This document shows positions 15,256 through 22,567 of a stretch of 24,000 nt of DNA, piece by piece; the stretch's first letter is position 1; each line of letters starts with the position of its first letter. The DNA lies in assembly GCA_034429215.1 (NCBI GenBank), contig DAOUGI010000022.1, positions 7,132 to 31,131 on the forward strand. The letters run 5' to 3'. This DNA comes from Anaerolineae bacterium (lineage in GTDB: Bacteria; Chloroflexota; Anaerolineae; JAAYZQ01). A program made the position numbers and the translations under genes. The notes below the pieces were generated by a model. That model was not told where the DNA came from and did no database searches. It saw only the letters and a list, made by a program, of their open reading frames with translations.

Positions 15256-16458
15256 TCAACTCTCCAGGTTTTTCTTCCACGTGACAAGCCACTTCTGAGC
15301 CATGCGATGCTGCTTCTTGTCGCTCTTGCAGATGCAGGCGACCAGGCCCGGCTCGTCCCTGCCGGGATGCACTATCATGGCATACAGGCACGAATTGCAC
15401 GACACGCACTCTGGCACACGCCTGCCGGTGCCTGCCCGCCATCGATTGGGCAGATTGGGCTCGCGGATCAGCGGCCGGCACAGCGCGACGAAATCAACCT
15501 TGCCGCCCTGCACGATCGCTTCCAGCCTTTCGACGTCGCGGTTCCCACCCACCAGGATGATCGGAACGGGGACATCCACCTGCTCCGCATACTCTAGAAA
15601 GTAGCTCTGCTGCTCCGGTCTCCCGATCCGCGTGTGCGCCTCGGGGGAAGGCGCCGGGCGAAAGTCGATCTCTGCCTCAGGCCTGAACAGGCACTCCCAC
15701 ATGCCGCCGCTGATCTCGATCGCATCCACGCCGGCCCGCGCCACCGCTTGGGCCTGCGCCGGAAAGCTCTCGATATCGATCCCTCCCGCCAGATAATCGG
15801 TGCCGTTCATTTTGATCAGGATGGGAAAATCCCCCACCTGCCGCCTGGCTCCAGCGATGATCTCCCGCACGATACGGGCCCGTCCCTCTCCTGCCCCTCC
15901 CCACCCGTCCTCACGCCGGTTTGAGTAGGGTGAAAGAAACCGGCTGAGCAGGCCGCCGTGCGCCGCGTGAAGCTGAGCGCCGTCAAAGCCACAGCCCTGC
16001 ACGTCCACGATGGCGTCCACGAAACAGGCGATGATCTGCTCGATCTCATCGGCCGAGAGGGCCCGGACAGGTTGATCGGAAAATGGCGCCGCGATGGGCG
16101 AAGGTCCCGCATCCAGGTAGCCGACCTCCAACTGGGCGACGATCTTGCAGTCCGGGTTGGCCGCATGGACAGCCCGCGCCATTTCCTCCACTCCATTCAC
16201 CCGCAGATTGGCATACAACCGGACCGGCTGGTCCGGGCTCTCTTCGGGAAACCGCTCCCGGTACACCGGCAGGCCGCCGCTGATCAGCAACCCGGCTCCG
16301 CCCAGCGCCAGGCTGCGGTACAGAGCCAGCACCTCTTCCGTCATCTGGCGCGAGCTCAGAATGCATGGATCCCATGTCGCCGACCGGACGAGGCGGTTGG
16401 GCACGGTCATCCCGGCGATGACGCCCGGGGAAAACAACTTGTAGTGGCTGCGGTCCAT
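15256..16458 (-). CDS. Old Yellow Enzyme family NADH:flavin oxidoreductase with C-terminal Cys cluster
   Basis: LFSPGVIAGMTVPNRLVRSATW N-terminus. LHAAHGGLLSRFLSPYSNRREDGWGG active-site block. C-terminal CVSCNSC...CIC resembles the Fe-S motif of 2,4-dienoyl-CoA-reductase-type OYEs. The ATG at 16458 directly abuts the upstream TGA. Confidence 0.85.
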   Translation of the reverse strand: MDRSHYKLFSPGVIAGMTVPNRLVRSATWDPCILSSRQMTEEVLALYRSLALGGAGLLISGGLPVYRERFPEESPDQPVRLYANLRVNGVEEMARAVHAANPDCKIVAQLEVGYLDAGPSPIAAPFSDQPVRALSADEIEQIIACFVDAIVDVQGCGFDGAQLHAAHGGLLSRFLSPYSNRREDGWGGAGEGRARIVREIIAGARRQVGDFPILIKMNGTDYLAGGIDIESFPAQAQAVARAGVDAIEISGGMWECLFRPEAEIDFRPAPSPEAHTRIGRPEQQSYFLEYAEQVDVPVPIILVGGNRDVERLEAIVQGGKVDFVALCRPLIREPNLPNRWRAGTGRRVPECVSCNSCLYAMIVHPGRDEPGLVACICKSDKKQHRMAQKWLVTWKKNLES

Positions 16459-17481
16459 TCAGCGCTCCATCGGCTTGTTGAAAAACGTGTGGCATCTGGC
16501 TTGCCGGTAGCCCACGCCCTCGTACAACTGGAAAGCGCCGCTCGGGTTCTGGGTGTCAACCCCCAGCGCCATCTCCTCCATGCCCATCTCATGGAACATT
16601 TGGATGCTTTGGACGAGCAGAGACCGGGCCAGGCCACGCCGGCGCCACGGCCGCCGGACAAAGACGCCATGGCTGTATCCGCGCTTCCGGCCGTACTGCT
16701 CGTTCTGCGCCTCGTCGAGGCGGTTTAGCACCATGCCGGCTACCTGGTCGCCATCCCAGGCCACCTTCCACAAATGGGGCGCAAAGAGACGATCCTTTAC
16801 CCATCTGTCGTAGGCCGCCTCTGTCGGCGGCACATATCCCCAGTGGTCCTGGCGGGCCTCCTGCATCGCCTCCCAGACGGCGCGGATCTGGCTCGGCTCG
16901 ACGAGCCTTACCTCCAGTCCGTCCGGCATCGGAGCGTCGGGCAAGGGCAACGCCATGGGCCGGGTCATCTCCACATAGTGGCGAACAGGCTCGTAGCCAG
17001 CCCTGGCGAACAAAGCCTGGGCGCCAACCTCCGCGTCAGTAGCCCACACCCGGAAAAGCTTGGCTCCCTCGGCCGGGTGCTGGCGGGCGATGTCGAGCAG
17101 GCGGCCTTCGTCATAGCGCAGCATTGCCGCACCGATCCCCTTCCGCCGCCAGTCTGGATGGACAAAGCCGAGTGAGATGTAAAGCCTTTCACCGGTGCCC
17201 TCGGCTACCCACCACACTCGGCTAAAGGCGACCGTCGCGCCATCGACCTCGGCAAACAGCATATCCTGCCCCGGGTCGCAATTCGTCAGGTGACTGAACA
17301 CCAAGGCGACATCGTCCACGGTGTTGATATAGTCGAGGCGGTCGGCCGCATTGCAAGCGTCGAGGATGGCCACCATCAGGGGATAGTCAGCCTTGCCCTG
17401 AAACCTGCGGAAGGACAACCCTGGGATCGCCGGGGCCCAGGGCACGGCGATCAGGGATTGGGCGTTCAGGATAGTTGTCAT
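16459..17481 (-). CDS. Two-domain GNAT acetyltransferase (mycothiol-synthase-like architecture)
   Basis: Two GNAT motif-A blocks (FVHPDWRRKGIGAAML and FVRRPWRRRGLARSLLV). ATG 17481 forms an ATGA overlap with the upstream stop, so I prefer it over the ORF-track start at 17544. Confidence 0.8.
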   Translation of the reverse strand: MTTILNAQSLIAVPWAPAIPGLSFRRFQGKADYPLMVAILDACNAADRLDYINTVDDVALVFSHLTNCDPGQDMLFAEVDGATVAFSRVWWVAEGTGERLYISLGFVHPDWRRKGIGAAMLRYDEGRLLDIARQHPAEGAKLFRVWATDAEVGAQALFARAGYEPVRHYVEMTRPMALPLPDAPMPDGLEVRLVEPSQIRAVWEAMQEARQDHWGYVPPTEAAYDRWVKDRLFAPHLWKVAWDGDQVAGMVLNRLDEAQNEQYGRKRGYSHGVFVRRPWRRRGLARSLLVQSIQMFHEMGMEEMALGVDTQNPSGAFQLYEGVGYRQARCHTFFNKPMER

Positions 17482-18437
17482 CTGCTCAATCCTGCGCTGC
17501 TGGCCACGATCCTCTCGTCGATCCAGCGCAGCAGCGAGTAGCATACCAGATCAAAGCGCTTGGGCCAGTACCGGTTTGCCACTGGATTCATCGGCTCCCA
17601 ATCCGCGGCGCAGCGCTCATAGCCGTTGGCCCTGAGCCACGCCAGTGCTTGGTTCAGCAGCGCCGTGGTAACGCCTCGGCGCCGGGCCTCCTCACAGACG
17701 TAAGCGATGGTGATGCCCGCCGTCTTTTCATCCTGCACGATCTGGCACCCGCCCGCCCGACCAAGCTCCAATCCCAAGCAGCCCACCGCCATCTGACCTT
17801 CGCAGGCCAGCCATGCCACATTGTCCGGCTGCTGCAGCCATTCGTAGCGATCCTCGTCGTCGTGGATCCAAAACACAGGTGGGGCAGCCATGTGCCGCCC
17901 CATCGCCTGATCAAGCGCAGTCACCTCTCCAGCGTCCTCCGGGCCGGCCTGTCGTATATCCAGGCCGGCCGGACTGCCCTGCACCGGCGCCAGGCCCCTC
18001 ACCCCATCCATGGCAGCCAGGCCGAACCCGAGCCATTGCCAGCACTCGATCCCTTCCCGGTCGTTGGTCATCAGCGTCACCGCATGGACGGCGCATCCGT
18101 CTGCGAGCCAGCGCGCCGAAGCGTGCCGGTACATCTCCTCGTAGATCCGCCGGCTGTTCGCCGGCTCAGCGCCGTTGGCCCATTCAGGGCAGTAAAAGCT
18201 ACGCTTGCCAAGGAACTCGGGCAGCACAAACCCGGCCATGAACCCTACTAGCCGGCCGGATTCAAGGGCGACGACTCCGGCCGTCCCGTCCAGCTCGCAC
18301 AGCATGGACGCAATGGTGCCTTCGTCCTCGTACTTGGCAGGCAGGGACGGCACCTGGCGGCGCAGGGCCGTGTAGCGGGCTGCGACCAGGCCGGCCGCAG
18401 CTTCAAGGTGTTCCGGTTGAAAGACAGTGACGTTCAT
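17478..18437 (-). CDS. Two-domain GNAT family acetyltransferase, first gene of the cluster
   Basis: C-terminal GNAT block YVCEEARRRGVTTALLNQALAWLRANGY. SD AAGGGGGTG lies 7 nt upstream of ATG 18437. Confidence 0.7.
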   Translation of the reverse strand: MNVTVFQPEHLEAAAGLVAARYTALRRQVPSLPAKYEDEGTIASMLCELDGTAGVVALESGRLVGFMAGFVLPEFLGKRSFYCPEWANGAEPANSRRIYEEMYRHASARWLADGCAVHAVTLMTNDREGIECWQWLGFGLAAMDGVRGLAPVQGSPAGLDIRQAGPEDAGEVTALDQAMGRHMAAPPVFWIHDDEDRYEWLQQPDNVAWLACEGQMAVGCLGLELGRAGGCQIVQDEKTAGITIAYVCEEARRRGVTTALLNQALAWLRANGYERCAADWEPMNPVANRYWPKRFDLVCYSLLRWIDERIVASSAGLSR

Positions 18438-18512
18438 CCAGTGGCACCCCCTTTATCACATTCAAATAACCCACTGCGGACGCTTGGCGTTCAGGTGCTG
18501 TTGTCCACTCTG

Positions 18513-18534
18513 TCACATGATAGTGTCAATGTGA
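18513..18534. promoter_or_regulatory. Inverted repeat TCACAT-N10-ATGTGA in the leader/promoter region of the GNAT cluster (possible operator)
   Basis: 18513-18518 TCACAT and 18529-18534 ATGTGA are exact reverse complements. TGTCA is also repeated inside (TGTCACATGATAGTGTCAATGTG). No regulator gene is seen in the cluster. Confidence 0.3.
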
Positions 18535-18560
18535 AATCCAGTAACACGACTCCTTGTTCG

Positions 18561-18589
18561 ATTGTACCACGGATCGGAAGAGCCACCAA
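18561..18589 (-). promoter_or_regulatory. Possible promoter of the GNAT-rich cluster
   Basis: Minus strand: TTGGTG (18589-18584), 17 nt, TACAAT (18566-18561) preceded by TGG. The -35 is weak, so this is tentative. Confidence 0.3.
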
Positions 18590-18620
18590 AAAGCAGGAAT
18601 CCAGGTTTCCCGGCCTGTTT

Positions 18621-18649
18621 TTGCCACTCGGCCTGAATTCGGCTATAAT
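18621..18649 (+). promoter_or_regulatory. Predicted sigma-70-type promoter of the nitroreductase-dnaE unit
   Basis: TTGCCA (18621-18626), 17-nt spacer, consensus TATAAT (18644-18649), 33 nt upstream of ATG 18683. Confidence 0.6.
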
Positions 18650-18682
18650 AAACCCATCGATGACTCTGGAAAGGAAGGAACA

Positions 18683-19192
18683 ATGGACGCTTACGAAGCT
18701 ATTATGACCCGCCGCAGCATCCGCGCCTACACCGCGCAGGCGGTGAGCGACGAGCTGATCAAAGAGCTGCTGGCTGCGGCCATGAGCGCGCCGTCGGCCA
18801 GCAACCGGCAGCCGTGGCATTTCGTGGCCATCACCGAGCGCCGGCAATTGGACGCCCTGACGGCGATCCTGCCCTACGGGCAGATGCTCAAGCAGGCGCC
18901 GCTGGCCATCGTCGTGTGCGGCGACCGCGAGCGGCAGCCGATGGAGGGCTACTGGGTCCAGGACTGCTCGGCCGCCACACAGAATATCCTGCTGGCCGCC
19001 CATGCCAAGGGGCTGGGCGCGGTGTGGCTGGGCGTCTACCCCCGCGAGGAGCGGATCCAAGAGATCAGCCGACTGCTCGGCCTGCCGGAGCAGGTGTCGC
19101 CGCTGGCGGTCCTGTCGATCGGCTACCCGGCCGAGCACAAGGGGCCGGCCGACCGCTACGACGAGAGCCGCATCCATCGTGACCGGTGGTAG
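18683..19192 (+). CDS. Nitroreductase family protein
   Basis: AIMTRRSIRAYT...LLAAAMSAPSASNRQPWHFV...QDCSAATQNILLAAHAKGLGAVWLG are canonical nitroreductase blocks. Strong SD GGAAAGGAAGGA lies before ATG 18683. The ORF-track start at 18554 lies upstream of the promoter. Confidence 0.9.
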   Translation: MDAYEAIMTRRSIRAYTAQAVSDELIKELLAAAMSAPSASNRQPWHFVAITERRQLDALTAILPYGQMLKQAPLAIVVCGDRERQPMEGYWVQDCSAATQNILLAAHAKGLGAVWLGVYPREERIQEISRLLGLPEQVSPLAVLSIGYPAEHKGPADRYDESRIHRDRW

Positions 19193-22100
19193 TCACCTCT
19201 CAGATGGGCATGGCCGGGAAAAAGGAGGATTCACCCATCTCGAGGTTCACTCTAACCTGACCCTGCTGGGCGGCACCGCGCCGGTGGCCGCCCTGGCCAC
19301 GCGCGCCGCGGCCGAGGGGATGAGCCACCTGGCCCTGACCGACACCAATGCGCTGTACGGCGCCGTGGCCTTTGACCGGGCCTGCCGGGCCGTTGGCGTC
19401 GAGCCGATCCTGGGCATGACGGTGACGGTGGCTCAGCCTGGCGAGTCGCTCGGTGCGGCCGCCGTCCCAGGTCAGTTGGTGCTGCTGGCGATGGGACCGG
19501 CCGGCTACCGGTCGCTGTGCCGGCTGTCGTCGCTGATCCAGGCTCATCCCGAGCGGGAGTCGCTGGCCGCCCAAGGCCTGACCTGGCAGGACCTGGCAGC
19601 GCACAACGAGGGCCTGATCTGCCTGAGCGGCGGGCGCACCGGCTGGATCGAGCGTCATCTGCGGGCCGGTGACCGGGGAGCCGCCGCCCGCTGCGCCGCC
19701 CGCCTGGCCGAGATCTATCGCGATCGATCTTATGTCAATTTAGAGCTGCATCAAGCTGGCGACCTGCCCGTCGCCCGCGAGCTGATCGCCATCGGCCAGC
19801 GCTCGAGGCTGCGGCCGGTGGCCGTGCAGCCGGTCTATTGCCTGTCACCCGACGACGCCCCACGGCTGCGGCTGCTGGCGGCCATCGACCACAACTGCCC
19901 GCTCGACGCAGTGCCTGCCGCGGCCCTGCCGGCCGGCGGCGATCCGGACGTGGATCTCCACTGGCTCAGCCGGGAGGAGGTCGCCGCCCGCTTTGCCGAT
20001 CTCCCCGAAACTGTGGGAAATGTCGCAGAAATAGCCGAACGGTGCGGACCGGCACTGCCCGACGGCCGGCCGATCTGGCCGGCCCTGAAGCTGCCCGAGG
20101 GTCAGACTCCAGACCAGGCCCTGGCCGATCTGGCCCAGGCCGGATTGGCCGAGCGCTACCAACCGCCGCCGGCTACGGTGCAGGAGCGGCTGCAGGCCGA
20201 GCTGACCGCCATCACCCGGCGCGGCTACGCGCCGCTATTCCTGGTCGTGGCCGACATCGCCCGCTTTGCCCGCCGGGCCGGCGTGCCGATCAACACCCGC
20301 GGCAGCGTGGCCAACTCGCTGGTCGCCTACTGCACCGGCATCACCCACGTCGACCCGATCGCCAACGGCCTGCTGTTCGAGCGCTTTTTGAACCCCGCCC
20401 GCTCTGACCTGCCCGACATCGACTTGGACTTTTGCAGCCGCCGCCGCGACCAGGTGCTCGATTACGTGCGGCGAACCTACGGTGCCGACCACGTGGCGCT
20501 GGTCAGCACCATCAGCACCCTGCGCCCTCTGTCGGCAGTGCGCGAGACGGCCAAGGCCTACGGCCTGGACGAGGCACAGATCCGCACCGTGACCGCCCTG
20601 CTGCCCCACCATTGGCACCCCGACCCGCGCCGCCGGGACCAACGCAGCGTCGAGGAGATACTGGCCAGCATACACGACCCGCAGCTCCGCAGGGTGGTGG
20701 AAGAGGCCTTTCACCTGGTCGAGCAGCCCCATCACCTGAGCGTGCACCCTGGCGGCGTGGTGATCACCCCCGGTCCGCTGACCGATGTGGTGCCGGTCCA
20801 GTGGGCGCCCAAGGGTTTCTTGATCACCCAGTTCGACCACCGGGACATCGAAACGATCGGCCTGCCCAAGCTCGACCTGCTGGGCATCCGGGCGCTGACC
20901 GTCCTGGCCGATGCGACGGCCCTGGTGCAGCAGCACCACGACCCGGCCTTTCGCCTGGAGCAGATCCCGGCCGACGACCCACTCACCGGCGACCTGCTGG
21001 CCCGGGCCGAGACGATCGGCGTGTTCCAGTGCGAGTCGGACGGGGCCAGGCGGACCTTGCTTCAACTACGAGCGCGGACGGTGCAAGACCTGGCCGTGGC
21101 CAATGCCTTTTTCAAACCGGGACCGGCCACCGGCGGCATGGCCCACACCTTTGTCCGGCGCTACCGGGGCGAGGAGCCGGTCGGCTTTTTGCACCCCGCA
21201 TTGGAGTCGATCCTGCGACCGACCCAGGGGGTGCTGATCTTCCAGGAGCAGATCCTGCGCATCGCCCGCGACGTCGCCGGCCTCAGTTGGGAGCAGGCCG
21301 ATTACCTGCGGCGAGGGATGAGCCATTTCGGCTATGGGGAGATGCAGCAGATGCAGGCATCGTTCGTGGCCGGCTGCCGGCGATTGCCGCCCGGCGGTCC
21401 CGGCCTATCCCCGCAACAGGCCGAGACACTGTGGGAGCAGGTGCTGGCCTTTGCCGGCTATGGTTTTAACCAGGGACATGCCACATCGTACGCCGACGTC
21501 AGCTACCGCTGCGCCTATCTCAAAGCCCACTGGCCGGCGGCCTTCCTGTGCGCCCGCCTGGCCAACTATGGCGGCTTTCACCACCCGGCGATCTACATGG
21601 CCGAAGCGGTCCGGCTGGGACTGGCCGTGCGCCCGCCCCACGTCAATCACAGCGGCGCGCACTTTACCCTGAGCTGGGAAGGAGAACGAGGCGTCCTATG
21701 GATGGGGCTGGGCCAGGTGCGGGACCTGCGCCAGGCGTCGGTTCGGGCCATCGGCAGCGAGCGGCGGCGGCAGCCGTTTGCCGGCGTGCACGACCTGGCG
21801 GCCCGGGTGCCGTTGCAGCACAAAGAGATGGCTCACCTGATCCAGTGCGGAGCGCTGGACGGGCTGGGCGCGAGCCGGGCGGCGCTGCTGGCCGAGGCGG
21901 CAGAGGCCGAGCGGGCCGGCAGTGCGCTGCAGATGGCCTTTGATTTTGGCCGGCGGGAGGTTGACCCCGAACCGCCGGCCCAACGCCTGGCCTGGGAGCA
22001 GCAGTTGCTGGGCCAGCCGGTCAGCATCCACCCCCTGGAACTGCTGGCCGACCGCCTGCCCGAGCACCTGCCGCTGCACCGCCTGCCGGAATGGGCCGGC

Positions 22101-22310
22101 CGACGGGTCACGGTAGTGGGTATCCGCCTGCCAGGCTGGACCGGCGGCCAGGGTTTTTTCCTGGGCGATGGCGACACCTTTATCACAGTCAAGGGGGACC
22201 GAGCTGCCAAGGCGCCACCGCCCTGGCAGCCGTTGCTCGTCCATGCGCAATGGCTCGCCGATGAGTGGGGCACTTCCTGGCTAAAAGCCGAACAGATCGA
22301 CAGGATATAG
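19179..22310 (+). CDS. dnaE: DNA polymerase III alpha subunit family (DnaE-type C-family polymerase); start uncertain
   Basis: PHP N-terminus FTHLEVHSNLTLLGG...LALTDTNALYGAV. Palm catalytic PDIDLDFC. HHLSVHPGGVVI, ITQFDHRDIETIGLPKLDLLGIRALTVL, IGVFQCES, GVLIFQEQ, FNQGHATSYA, and a C-terminal OB-like RRVTVVGIRL. The only in-frame starts upstream of the PHP motif are ATG 19002 (190-nt overlap with the nitroreductase gene) and GTG 19179 (14-nt overlap). Confidence 0.85.
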   Translation: MTGGSHLSDGHGREKGGFTHLEVHSNLTLLGGTAPVAALATRAAAEGMSHLALTDTNALYGAVAFDRACRAVGVEPILGMTVTVAQPGESLGAAAVPGQLVLLAMGPAGYRSLCRLSSLIQAHPERESLAAQGLTWQDLAAHNEGLICLSGGRTGWIERHLRAGDRGAAARCAARLAEIYRDRSYVNLELHQAGDLPVARELIAIGQRSRLRPVAVQPVYCLSPDDAPRLRLLAAIDHNCPLDAVPAAALPAGGDPDVDLHWLSREEVAARFADLPETVGNVAEIAERCGPALPDGRPIWPALKLPEGQTPDQALADLAQAGLAERYQPPPATVQERLQAELTAITRRGYAPLFLVVADIARFARRAGVPINTRGSVANSLVAYCTGITHVDPIANGLLFERFLNPARSDLPDIDLDFCSRRRDQVLDYVRRTYGADHVALVSTISTLRPLSAVRETAKAYGLDEAQIRTVTALLPHHWHPDPRRRDQRSVEEILASIHDPQLRRVVEEAFHLVEQPHHLSVHPGGVVITPGPLTDVVPVQWAPKGFLITQFDHRDIETIGLPKLDLLGIRALTVLADATALVQQHHDPAFRLEQIPADDPLTGDLLARAETIGVFQCESDGARRTLLQLRARTVQDLAVANAFFKPGPATGGMAHTFVRRYRGEEPVGFLHPALESILRPTQGVLIFQEQILRIARDVAGLSWEQADYLRRGMSHFGYGEMQQMQASFVAGCRRLPPGGPGLSPQQAETLWEQVLAFAGYGFNQGHATSYADVSYRCAYLKAHWPAAFLCARLANYGGFHHPAIYMAEAVRLGLAVRPPHVNHSGAHFTLSWEGERGVLWMGLGQVRDLRQASVRAIGSERRRQPFAGVHDLAARVPLQHKEMAHLIQCGALDGLGASRAALLAEAAEAERAGSALQMAFDFGRREVDPEPPAQRLAWEQQLLGQPVSIHPLELLADRLPEHLPLHRLPEWAGRRVTVVGIRLPGWTGGQGFFLGDGDTFITVKGDRAAKAPPPWQPLLVHAQWLADEWGTSWLKAEQIDRI

Positions 22311-22356
22311 AGGCAACTCCTGCTGATGCCCGTCGATAGTTTGGCAAACAGCCAGG

Positions 22357-22566
22357 TCAGCGCCCTGGTCTCAGGCGAACCTCTCCGTTCAGGGCCATGC
22401 CGATCAGCCCGAGCATCAACCCTGCCACCGATGCCCCGTAGGACAGAAAGCACAGGACAAAGCTGGGCGAGACGGCGCCGACGACCATCAGCCACGGGCT
22501 GATGGCCCCAAACAGCACCAGGATAAAGCCGAGAGCAATGACCACCCGAGGATGTTCTGTTAACAT
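22357..22566 (-). CDS. Small hydrophobic protein (69 aa, two predicted TM helices), hypothetical
   Basis: ATG 22566 lies 1 nt after the permease stop (TGAcATG). The sequence is almost entirely two hydrophobic helices (VVIALGFILVLFGAISPWLMVV and FVLCFLSYGASVAGLMLGLIGMAL). Confidence 0.45.
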   Translation of the reverse strand: MLTEHPRVVIALGFILVLFGAISPWLMVVGAVSPSFVLCFLSYGASVAGLMLGLIGMALNGEVRLRPGR

Positions 22567-22567
22567 G

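Noticed and set aside
18589-18622. Imperfect hairpin flanked by A5 and T5 runs (AAAAAGCAGG...CCTGTTTTT) resembling a bidirectional intrinsic terminator.
   Set aside because: The stems are short (4+4 bp) with a bulge and an internal loop. The structure lies between divergent promoters with no upstream gene to terminate on either strand. Its T-run overlaps the -35 TTGCCA, so it is probably coincidental.
22311-22370. Terminator between the convergent dnaE gene and the small membrane ORF (CCAGG-N7-CCTGG at about 22352-22368).
   Set aside because: The stem is only 5 bp with no T-tract, and it lies partly inside the small ORF. It is too weak to call.
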